The translations under genes and the position numbers were made by a program. Positions 37,911-47,500 of a DNA stretch of 64,000 nt are shown piece by piece. The stretch's first letter is position 1. Each line of letters starts with the position of its first letter. Below the pieces are notes generated by a model. It saw nothing but the letters and a program-made list of their open reading frames with translations. It was not told the origin of the DNA and searched no databases. The stretch comes from Eubacteriales bacterium. Its GTDB lineage: Bacteria; Bacillota; Clostridia; Oscillospirales; CAG-272. The stretch lies in contig JAZQYP010000038.1 in assembly GCA_045633625.1 (NCBI GenBank), positions 16,384 to 80,383 on the forward strand. Direction: 5' to 3'.

Positions 37911-38519
37911 TTATATTTTGATATTCTCTCCCAAAATTGCCACTTCACGTCCAAGCTCAAGCTGTGCCTTGAAGTCAGGATGGATTATAAGCCATTTGTT
38001 TTTGGAGATAAGTCTTTTGTCGGACGCAGGCATATCAAGCGGTGTATTCGTACCGCGCGGCAATATGACGACGTTTTTGAAGGGAGTATTATCCACGCTT
38101 ATTGGGCAGAAGTGAAGAGTTGTAGCATACAGCTCGATGCTCTGTCCCTCTTTTACTAAAAAGCCCTTGAGATCGCCGCTATTATATTGTCCGTCTTTCA
38201 TGTCACGCATATCTCCGAGAAGAAGTATCATATCCGAAAGAGCAACTGCTACCTCTGAACTTTTGTGCCACTCGAGTGCATTCATAAGGTGATTTTCTCC
38301 ACGACAATAGCCAATCTGCACGTCAAGTCCACCGAAAAAATTCTTGTAGTAAAGAAGCGTATCGGGATCCTCAAGAGCATCTTCACTTGCACGGTAAGAG
38401 GTCGCTCCCAAAGGCAAGGGAAGTGTGTTAGCGGCAGATTTAAGTTTTTCGTAATACGGAGCATCGATCGGTCTACCGTATTTTTTGAATTTTTCGTCTT
38501 TTATTGAATAGATGTTCAT
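37911..38519 (-). CDS. Small cupin/ureidoglycolate-lyase-like protein, DUF4867-like (tentative)
   Basis: 202-aa ORF lying 12 nt upstream of the isomerase-like gene. The family assignment is from memory only. Confidence 0.65.
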   Translation of the reverse strand: MNIYSIKDEKFKKYGRPIDAPYYEKLKSAANTLPLPLGATSYRASEDALEDPDTLLYYKNFFGGLDVQIGYCRGENHLMNALEWHKSSEVAVALSDMILLLGDMRDMKDGQYNSGDLKGFLVKEGQSIELYATTLHFCPISVDNTPFKNVVILPRGTNTPLDMPASDKRLISKNKWLIIHPDFKAQLELGREVAILGENIKI

Positions 38520-38540
38520 GATTCATTCCTCACTTTTTTA

Positions 38541-39338
38541 TTATACGAGTCCTGCGTCATCTTTAAGATTCGTCCCATTTTCTCTTTTGTATATTTTTGA
38601 GAGGTAATGTTCGTCGCAAAATCCGAGTTCCTCGGCGATAGCCTTCATAGTTAGTCCCTCCCGATACAGTTTTTTTGCTTCTGTTAAACGCAGATTGTTT
38701 CTGTATGAAATAGGCGAAAAACCTGTTGTAAGTTGAAATATTTTTCTGAAATAGCTTTCGCTCATATTGCATATTGCGGCATATTTTGCTACAGGTTCGT
38801 TTTCCTTAAAATGAAGTGAAATATATTCTATAGCAGGAACAACGGAACGAGCGAGATCATTAGTATCGGAATACTTTTCAATAAATCTTGTGAGTACACT
38901 GAAAAATAACTTTTTTTGCTTGAGTATTGAGGAAGGCTCATTTTCAAAAATATCCACAAGCTCAAAAAATTCTCTCTCAAGATGACTTGACGGATGACTT
39001 TTATAGACGTATATCCCCTCGGATATGTTTCTTTCAAGCTCACCGTCGAGCCAGAATTTTACGCTAAGTCCCTTACACGTTTTGCCTTCTGTCGCGAAGC
39101 ACGTAGAGATGTATTTTGTGCCGTCGGGAATAAAGACAACGCTGTGTGCCTCAAGGTGCTTTTTTTCTCCCTTAAAGATGTATTCACGTTCGCCGCTAAG
39201 GATAACGTGCATAATATGTCCGTCTCTGCCACTCTTTGAGTAGTCAACACGTGCATTGTCAGGAAACTCTACGGTTCCCCCTATCATTTTTTTGGGGTCA
39301 ACGTTGCTTCTAAGAATAAAATCGATGTTCTCTTTCAT
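38541..39338 (-). CDS. AraC-family transcriptional regulator (paralogue of 21033-21830)
   Basis: C-terminal HTH ESYFRKIFQLTTGFSPISYRNNLRLTEAKKL. The start is at MKENIDF, preceded by GGAGGG. Confidence 0.88.
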   Translation of the reverse strand: MKENIDFILRSNVDPKKMIGGTVEFPDNARVDYSKSGRDGHIMHVILSGEREYIFKGEKKHLEAHSVVFIPDGTKYISTCFATEGKTCKGLSVKFWLDGELERNISEGIYVYKSHPSSHLEREFFELVDIFENEPSSILKQKKLFFSVLTRFIEKYSDTNDLARSVVPAIEYISLHFKENEPVAKYAAICNMSESYFRKIFQLTTGFSPISYRNNLRLTEAKKLYREGLTMKAIAEELGFCDEHYLSKIYKRENGTNLKDDAGLV

Positions 39339-39524
39339 ACGCCCTCCAAAAATCATTTAATACCAAGTAAATTATAACAATCCTTAAAAATAAAGTCAAT
39401 AGTGGCAAAACAACAAGATTGAATAATACACCAAAATGATTAAATCATACATTGTTTTTGCTTCTTTTGCGATGATATAATAGAAGAGAAATTATTGGAT
39501 TTTTGTTAAATCAAGGAGGATTTT

Positions 39525-40772
39525 ATGAACATAGAGTCACGCATCAGAAAATATATAGAAGATAATTGGGACGGCACGCTCCGCTATGTACCTGAAGACG
39601 GCGAGACGGTAATGGGGATTATCGGTATGCCGTATCCTTATTCGGTTTCGGGCTTTGGCAACGTCTTTCAAGAGATGTATTACTGGGGAACGTATTTTAC
39701 AAATCTTGGACTTATCCTTTCGGGTAGAGTAGAACAAGCGATAAACAACGTAAGAAACATGATATATCTCGTTGACCACTTTGGCTACGTGCCAAATGCA
39801 AATCGTAGATGGGGAATGACTCGCTCACAACCGCCATTCCTTTCCGAGATGATAAGGAATATATATGAAAAAACGCAAGATAAGAGCTTTCTTGCCGACG
39901 GATACCGTGCCGTTACCATCGAATATAAATTTTGGCAGACGCGGAGAATGACTCCGTCGGGGCTTAACCGCTATCTTGGTGAGAATCCCGATACGGCGCG
40001 CTGCTATAATCAGTACTGCGACCGACTTAAAATTAACAAACCTACCGATGAGGCGGTGCTTGTCGAATATGCTCTTGCATTCCAGTCGGGAGCTGAAAGC
40101 GGTTGGGATTTTTCGAGCCGTTGCGGTCTTATGCAGCACCACTACAATTGGCTCTGCCTTAACTCCTTGCTTTTCGGCGTTGAGAAAAATATGGAGTTTT
40201 TTGCCGCCGAGCTTAAAAATGGCGAGAGTGAGCTCTGGAGAAAAAGAGCAGAGGTGAGAAGCTCACTTATGAATGAGCTTATGTGGAATGAGGAGCTTGG
40301 CGCATTTTGTGATTATGATTTTGTAAACAAAAAACAAGCTGACCTTATCTCGCTCGCGATGCTCTATCCGCTTTTTGTAGGTCTTGCAACCAAAGAGCAG
40401 GCAGAAAAAACAATAAAAAATCTTCCCGCGCTTGAATGCAGGTACGGACTTGCGTCATGCGAGAATAGGGAAGACCTTTCAATGCTTCAATGGGATTTTC
40501 CGCACGCGTGGCCACCTTTACAGATAATTGCCGTAAAGGCGCTTTTGCGATACGGTTATGTAACCGACGCGCGTCGCGTAGCCGAGAAGCTTATTGAGGT
40601 TACTGATCTCAATTTTGAAAAGCATTCAAGGCTTTGGGAGAAGTTCAATGCGCTTGACGGAGCGGTCTCAAAGACCAAGGAATATGAGACGCCTCCTATT
40701 ATGGGATGGAGTGCCGCGGCTTACCTGTATTGCAAAGAAATAGTCACACCCTGTGATGAATCGCAGAATTGA
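39525..40772 (+). CDS. GH37 trehalase-family glycoside hydrolase (cytoplasmic)
   Basis: Trehalase signature 2 QWDFPHAWPP and a signature-1-like FQEMYYWGTYF. No signal peptide. Confidence 0.8.
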   Translation: MNIESRIRKYIEDNWDGTLRYVPEDGETVMGIIGMPYPYSVSGFGNVFQEMYYWGTYFTNLGLILSGRVEQAINNVRNMIYLVDHFGYVPNANRRWGMTRSQPPFLSEMIRNIYEKTQDKSFLADGYRAVTIEYKFWQTRRMTPSGLNRYLGENPDTARCYNQYCDRLKINKPTDEAVLVEYALAFQSGAESGWDFSSRCGLMQHHYNWLCLNSLLFGVEKNMEFFAAELKNGESELWRKRAEVRSSLMNELMWNEELGAFCDYDFVNKKQADLISLAMLYPLFVGLATKEQAEKTIKNLPALECRYGLASCENREDLSMLQWDFPHAWPPLQIIAVKALLRYGYVTDARRVAEKLIEVTDLNFEKHSRLWEKFNALDGAVSKTKEYETPPIMGWSAAAYLYCKEIVTPCDESQN

Positions 40773-40890
40773 ATAATACCCGAAGATGCTTGAATAATAC
40801 ATTTATATTTTGGCACTGATACGCTATAATTATAATGTAGTTTAAGTTGGGCTACTTAATTTTTTTTATAATGATTTTGGAGAAGATATT

Positions 40891-43800
40891 ATGAATAATC
40901 GAAAAAATATATTGAGTCTTTTTTTGATAGGTGTCTTAACTTTTGGTCAACTAGTACCGATTATTCCTGTTTCAGCGGTTGAAATAACCTTGAGCGTTAC
41001 CGACTTAAAGGTAAACAATATAGATACGCCTCTTGGAATAGATACGACCCCCTATTTTAGCTGGATAAACAACGGAAGCGGTTACTCACAGAGACAAACT
41101 GCGTATCAGATAATTGTCTCGGGAAGCGAAAAGAGCGCTAAAGAGCATGTCGGAGACATCTGGGATTCGGGAAAGACCGAAAGCTCAAAAAACTACGATA
41201 TTGCATACAATGGTGAGAAGCTTACCTCTAAAACGCCTTATTATTATTCAATTCGCGTATGGGATGAGAATGATAAGGTCAGCGATTGGAGTGAGATCGC
41301 GCGCTTTGAGACGGGTATTTTTGACGATTCCGAATGGAGCGCAAAATGGATAGGCGCAGTAAAGAACACTATACCCGAGGGAGAGGCTTATGACCTTGAG
41401 GGGGCGAAATGGATCTGGCGCGGAGAGTCGAACAATTCTCAATATCCTGCCGAGACGGTGTGGATACGCGGCGGATTTAACGTGAAGGCAAATAAAACGG
41501 TGAGAAGCGCGTATATTGCTTCTACCTTTGATGATGTCGGAATCGTATACGTAAATTCGGTTTATACGGCTGAAAGAGTAGAAGCTAAGAAGTCCTTGAA
41601 CGAAGTCAGGTTTGTAGACATAACCGAATTTATCAAGTCGGGACATAACTCCATCGTTGCTACCTGTGTAAATAAGAACGCGGGATACGCGGGCTTTATA
41701 TCTAAGGTGTACGTTAACTATACCGATGGAACTACCGAAATTTTTGTGTCGGACGAAAGCTATATGGTTTGCTCTGATCCGAAATCTGCTTGGTGGTCGG
41801 GTGTGTTTGATGAGAGCGAGTGGGAACGTGCAACGGAGATTGGAGAATACGGCTGTTTTCCTTGGAAGGACGAGCCTAAGGTAGATCCGTCAAGACTTGA
41901 ATTTCAAGATTCAGCCCCCATACTTCGAAAGACCTTTGAAGCAAAAGGCGAGGTTGTAAGAGCAAGGGCGTATATCACAGGTCTTGGTCTTTTTGAATTG
42001 AAAATAAACGGGAACTTGCCCGACGATACCGTTCTTAATCCGGTTGATTCACAATATGAGGATACGGTGAGATATCGTGTGTTTGACGTTACCGAGCTTA
42101 TAAAGGGTGGAAAGAATGCTGTAACGATCGAGCTTGCAGGCGGATTTTACGACTGTAACGAGTACGTTGCGGTAGACTGGAATAACGCTAAGTGGAGAGA
42201 TGACCCCAAGGCGCGTATGGAGCTCGTCATAGAGTATGCCGACGGCACGAGTGAGACTGTGATCACTGATGAGAGTTGGCTCTCTTATAATGACGGACCT
42301 ACTACAAAGTACACTGTTTTCAGCGGCGAGATCTATGACGCAAGAAATGAAATAGAGGGCTATTCGCTTCCCGAGTTTGACGACTCGTCATGGGGATCAG
42401 TTCGCGAAATGAAGGGGCCACGTGGAAAGCTTGCCTTCCAAATCATTGAGCCTATGAGAAAGGTAACGTCATTTAAGCCGCTTTCGGTTGAAAGACACGA
42501 GAATGGAACCTATATCGTAAGACTTCCCGAAATGGCAACGGGCTGGGCAAGGATAGAGTTTGATGCACCTCTGGGAACGTATATCACAATTTCTTATGCT
42601 GAAAGACTTCGTGATGACGGCAATATAAAGGCTCCAATAGGTAACTATTTCCTCTTGCAGACCGATGCATATATATGTAAGGGTGTTAAGGGAGAGGCAT
42701 ACGAGCCGAAGTTCAGCTACAAGGGATACGAATATATACAGATTTCGGGATATGATGGGGAGCTGACTATAGACGATATTACCTGCTACGTTGTAGCTAC
42801 CGACGTTGAATATACAGGAAGCTTTGAGAGTGACAGTGAATTTGTAAACGCCCTTCACGAAATTATGATTCGCACGATGCGAAACAATATGCAAGGTAAA
42901 GCGACCGATACGCCTATATATGAAAAGCTTGGTTGGACGGGTGATTTCAATGTTGCTATGGACACCTTCAATTATAATTTCAACATGGCTAATTTCACAG
43001 CCCACTTTTTGCACAATCTTCGCGATACGGGAAGAACGGACGGACATCTTAATGAGTACAGTCCTTCTCCCATTATCAGCGGTTGGAATGGCCCTATATG
43101 GACTCAGATGTACATCAGGGGAATATATAAGGCGTGGAAGGTAAATGGACAATTCTCGCTTGTTGAAGAGCATTATTCCTATATGTGTAAGCAGGCAAAC
43201 CTCTACATAAAGGATATCGGAACCAATTGGATATGGGAGAATAATCCGACAGGGCTTACTCTTGGAGATTGGGCATCGCCTTATGGCGGAACCTCACCCA
43301 ATGAGGGAGGAAGGATCTGTAACACAGCGGCAATATACAATGCGCTTACAATGCTCGCCGAAATGGCAGAGGCACTTGGTAATGAATTCGAATCGGGAAA
43401 ATACAGTCTTGCGGCAAGCAATATCTATAAAGCATTCAATAAAGAATTTTATGATGAAACCAGAGGCTGTTACGATACGGGAGATTGGAAGACCTCAAGT
43501 ACCCGTTCAAGATACAGACAGACTTCAAATCTTGTGCCGTTAGCATACGGTCTGTGTCCTGATGAAATAAGAGATCAGATAGTAGAAAGACTTGTCAAGG
43601 AGATAGAAAAGAAGGATTTTCATCTCGATACGGGTTGTGTCGGAACGGAGCTTCTTCTCCCACTCTTGTGTGATGAAGGATATTCTTACGTTGCAATGAA
43701 GATACTTATGCAGGACACGTATCCTTCGTGGGGATTTTTCCTCGCTAACGGAAGCACAACTCTTTGGGAGATGTATCACGAGGACGATATAAGATCGTAT

Positions 43801-44514
43801 GATCATTTCTTCCTTGGCACCTATGACGAATGGTTTTACAGTGGTCTTGGCGGTATTAGAGAGAGCACAGATGCTTACGAAACCTTTACCATAAATCCCC
43901 AAATAGTTGATGAGTTGAACTACGTAAATTGCTCGGTCAAGACCGTTCGCGGAAGGATAACGAGCGATTGGGTGAGGGATGAAAACGGACATATAACGAT
44001 GAAGATAGAGATCCCCGTTGGATCGACAGCTTCGGTTATTATCCCTACTGATAGCATATCAAAGGTGACGGTAAACAAAAAGGCACTTTTTGTGCAAGAG
44101 GGAGTTCTTGGCGCGACTGTTGAAGGAAACGTATTGAATGTTAGTGTTGGTAGCGGCTCTTATACCTTCAATGTCGGCGAGGTTAATCCCGACGTTGAGG
44201 CGGCACTCGCAGTTGACGCAATGATTGACGCTATCGGAGAAGTGAATGCCGAGAGTGGTAACGCTATTAAGGAAGCGAGAGCTTCGTATGATGCGCTTAG
44301 TGACGCACAAAAGCAAAATGTGTCAAAGCTTGGTGTTCTCCTGTCGGCAGAGGAGAAATACAACGAATTAAATGGTAATACCGACACTATAGACAATGTA
44401 AAATCAGGTTGCAAGGCTAATCTTTTAAGTGGTGGTCTCTTTGCGGCAATAACATCTGCTATTGCATCAGTTTTGATAGCTTTTAATCGAAAAAACACTC
44501 AAAAAAAGAGGTAA
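40891..44514 (+). CDS. Secreted GH78 alpha-L-rhamnosidase with C-terminal membrane anchor
   Basis: Signal peptide, then the GH78 N-terminal pattern (LKVNNIDTPLGIDTTPYFSW..QTAYQIIV) and a six-hairpin catalytic region. The C-terminal hydrophobic helix is followed by NRKNTQKKR. It is a paralogue of the next gene. Confidence 0.88.
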   Translation: MNNRKNILSLFLIGVLTFGQLVPIIPVSAVEITLSVTDLKVNNIDTPLGIDTTPYFSWINNGSGYSQRQTAYQIIVSGSEKSAKEHVGDIWDSGKTESSKNYDIAYNGEKLTSKTPYYYSIRVWDENDKVSDWSEIARFETGIFDDSEWSAKWIGAVKNTIPEGEAYDLEGAKWIWRGESNNSQYPAETVWIRGGFNVKANKTVRSAYIASTFDDVGIVYVNSVYTAERVEAKKSLNEVRFVDITEFIKSGHNSIVATCVNKNAGYAGFISKVYVNYTDGTTEIFVSDESYMVCSDPKSAWWSGVFDESEWERATEIGEYGCFPWKDEPKVDPSRLEFQDSAPILRKTFEAKGEVVRARAYITGLGLFELKINGNLPDDTVLNPVDSQYEDTVRYRVFDVTELIKGGKNAVTIELAGGFYDCNEYVAVDWNNAKWRDDPKARMELVIEYADGTSETVITDESWLSYNDGPTTKYTVFSGEIYDARNEIEGYSLPEFDDSSWGSVREMKGPRGKLAFQIIEPMRKVTSFKPLSVERHENGTYIVRLPEMATGWARIEFDAPLGTYITISYAERLRDDGNIKAPIGNYFLLQTDAYICKGVKGEAYEPKFSYKGYEYIQISGYDGELTIDDITCYVVATDVEYTGSFESDSEFVNALHEIMIRTMRNNMQGKATDTPIYEKLGWTGDFNVAMDTFNYNFNMANFTAHFLHNLRDTGRTDGHLNEYSPSPIISGWNGPIWTQMYIRGIYKAWKVNGQFSLVEEHYSYMCKQANLYIKDIGTNWIWENNPTGLTLGDWASPYGGTSPNEGGRICNTAAIYNALTMLAEMAEALGNEFESGKYSLAASNIYKAFNKEFYDETRGCYDTGDWKTSSTRSRYRQTSNLVPLAYGLCPDEIRDQIVERLVKEIEKKDFHLDTGCVGTELLLPLLCDEGYSYVAMKILMQDTYPSWGFFLANGSTTLWEMYHEDDIRSYDHFFLGTYDEWFYSGLGGIRESTDAYETFTINPQIVDELNYVNCSVKTVRGRITSDWVRDENGHITMKIEIPVGSTASVIIPTDSISKVTVNKKALFVQEGVLGATVEGNVLNVSVGSGSYTFNVGEVNPDVEAALAVDAMIDAIGEVNAESGNAIKEARASYDALSDAQKQNVSKLGVLLSAEEKYNELNGNTDTIDNVKSGCKANLLSGGLFAAITSAIASVLIAFNRKNTQKKR

Positions 44515-44519
44515 AGCAT

Positions 44520-47500
44520 ATGAAAAATACAAGAAGAATTCTTTCGGTTCTGTTGATAGTTTCCCTTATTTTGGGACCGATATCAATATTTATTCCCGTG
44601 TCGGCAGCAGAATCGGCGATAACAGTTAGTGATCTGAAGGTAAACAGCATTGATACCCCTCTTGGAATTGACACCACTCCTGTTTTTAGCTGGATCAACA
44701 ACGCAAGCGGTTACGGTAGAGCACAGAGTGCATATCAGATAATCGTTTCCTCCTCATACAAGAATGCTGTATCACACACAGGCGATATGTGGGATTCAGG
44801 CAAGACCTCGGGAAGTACCAACTATGACATTGCATACGCGGGTACTGCTCTTGAATCGAGGACAGTGTATTTTTATTCCGTTCGCGTATGGGATGAAAAT
44901 GATACTGCAAGTGAGTGGAGCGATATAGCTCGTTTTGAAACAGGCATTATTGATGATGCTGAGTGGACGGCAGAGTGGATAGGTGCGCTAAAGAATACGA
45001 TCCCCGAAGGTGAGACGTACGATCTTGAAGGTGCAAACTGGATCTGGAACGGAACGAAGACCGACGGAAAATATCCCGCATCAAATCCTTGGTTTATGAC
45101 ATCTTTTAACGTTTCTACTGCCAAAACAGTAAGAAGTGCTTATATGACTGCAGCTTTTTACGACTACGGTATCGTGTACGTTAACTCTGTATATACTGCC
45201 GAAAAGGTAGAAAACTGGAAAAACACAAAACAGGCGCGTATTGTTGACATAACCGACGTAGTAACTAGCGGGACTAACTATATAGTTGCATCGTGTGGAA
45301 ACAAGAATGCGGGCGACGCAGGCTTTATTGCTAAAGTATACATAAACTACACAGATGGAACACAGGATGTCTTTTATACCGATGACACCTGGAAGGTAAG
45401 GGCATCGGATCCCTCTACTGCTTGGTGGGCTGATCAGTTTAATGATTCGGAATGGTCAAATGCGACAGTTATCGGAGAATACGGCTGCAGTCCTTGGGGA
45501 ACTACGGTTACTGTTGATTACGATAACCTTCAGTTTGCAGATTCTGCACCCATGCTTCGCAAGACGTTTAATGTAGAAAAAGAGGTTCTTCGCGCAAGAG
45601 CATACGTTATAGGTCTTGGCCTTTTCGAGATGACTGTTAACGGAACGTTGCCTGATGATACGGTTCTTAATCCCGTTGATAGCTTGTACGAGGCAAGAGA
45701 GTTCGTTCAAAACAGCGGAACGGTTCGTTACCGTGTATTTGACGTAACAAAGCTCTTGAATGCAGGGGAGAACGCCGTAGCTATTGAGCTTGCAGGAGGA
45801 TATTATGACTGCGAGGAGGTAGTTGCGGTTGACTGGAACAATGCTGCGTGGCGTGACGATCCCACGGCCCGTATGGAGCTTCTTATCGAATATACCGACG
45901 GAACAAGCGAAACTATAATCACAGACGAAAGCTGGAAGTCCTATACCAATGGACCTACGACAAGATATACAGTTTTCTGTGGAGAAGTTTACGATGCAAG
46001 AAATGAGGTCGATGATTGGCAGCTTGCAAACTTTGATGACTCTTCTTGGAAGGGTGTTCGTGTTATGGAGGCACCTTACGCTGATATTCTTTATCAGACG
46101 ATAGAGCCGATGCGCAAGGTTAAATCGTTTGCTCCTCTTTCTGTCACGAAGCATGATAACGGAACGTATATCGTAAGACTTCCCGAAATGGCGACAGGCT
46201 GGGCAAGCATTGCATTTGATGCCCCCGCAGGAACACTTATTAAGATTTCTTATGCTGAAAGACTTAATAAAGACAATGGCAACATAAAGGTTCCGCTCAG
46301 TGGAAGCGACCATTTGCTTCAGACAGACGTATACGTTTGTAGTGGAGAGGCAGGGGAGACCTATGAGCCTAAATTCAGCTACAAGGGATATGAGTATATC
46401 CAGATAAGCGGATACACGGGCGAGCTTACAGTTGACGACATTACCTGCTACGTAGTTGCGACAGACGTTGAACAGACGGGTAGCTTTGAGACAAGCAGTG
46501 AATTTGTCAACGAGCTTCACGAGCTTATGCTTCGCACAATGGTCAACAATATGCAGGGAAAGCCTACCGATACCCCTGTTTATGAGAAGCTTGGCTGGAC
46601 GGGTGACTTTAACGTCGCTATGGACACCTTCAACTATAACTTCAATACTATAAATTTCACGGGTAATTTCCTTCACAATTTGCGTGACACCGGTAAGCCC
46701 GACGGACATCTTAACGAGTATGCTCCCTCTCCGATCATAAGCGGATGGAACGGCCCTGTCTGGACGCAGATGTACGTAAAGGGCATTTACGAGGCATGGA
46801 AGGTATACGGTCAGTTATCTCTTTCGGTTGAGCATTACGACTATATGAGAGCGCAGGCACAGTACAATATCACACAGATAGGTGATAATTGGATCTGGGA
46901 GGATAATGGATCGAGTCTTACACTCGGTGACTGGGCATCTCCCAACGGAGGTACTTCTCCCGATGAGGGCGGAATGATCTGCAATACGGCCGCTGTATAT
47001 AACGGACTCAGAATGCTCGCTGAAATTGCTGACGAGCTTGGCAAAACAGCAGACGCCGCAGAATACAGATCGGCAGCCGCAAATATTTATACTGCATTTA
47101 ATACAAAATTCTACAATGCTACAAAGGGATATTATGAAACGGGATATTGGGGAGGCTCTACCAGCCGTAACCAGTACCGTCAGACCTCGAATCTCGTGCC
47201 TCTTGCTTACGGACTTTGTCCTGAAGAATATAGAGAAAGCGTTGTAAATAATCTCATCGAACAAATTAAGAAGAATGGATTCCATCTTGATACGGGATGT
47301 ATCGGAACAGAGCTTCTCCTTCCTTTCCTTTGTGACGAGGGCTATGAGGACGTAGCTATCGCAATTCTTCTTCAGGACACCTATCCTTCATGGGGATATT
47401 ATCTTGCAGAGGGAAGCACGACGCTTTGGGAAATGTATAAGGATAGCGGAATTCGTTCTTATGACCACTACTTCCTCGGAACCTATGACGAGTGGTTCTA

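Noticed and set aside
44380-44514. Possible LPXTG sortase signal at the C-terminus of the 1207-aa GH78
   Set aside because: A hydrophobic helix plus basic tail is present, but no LPXTG-like pentapeptide precedes it. I therefore call it a plain C-terminal membrane anchor.
45456-46709. 417-aa minus-strand ORF (similar shadow ORFs at 42469-43173 and 46815-47285)
   Set aside because: They are antisense to the GH78 catalytic regions, whose frames are confirmed by paralogue conservation. They are shadow ORFs.
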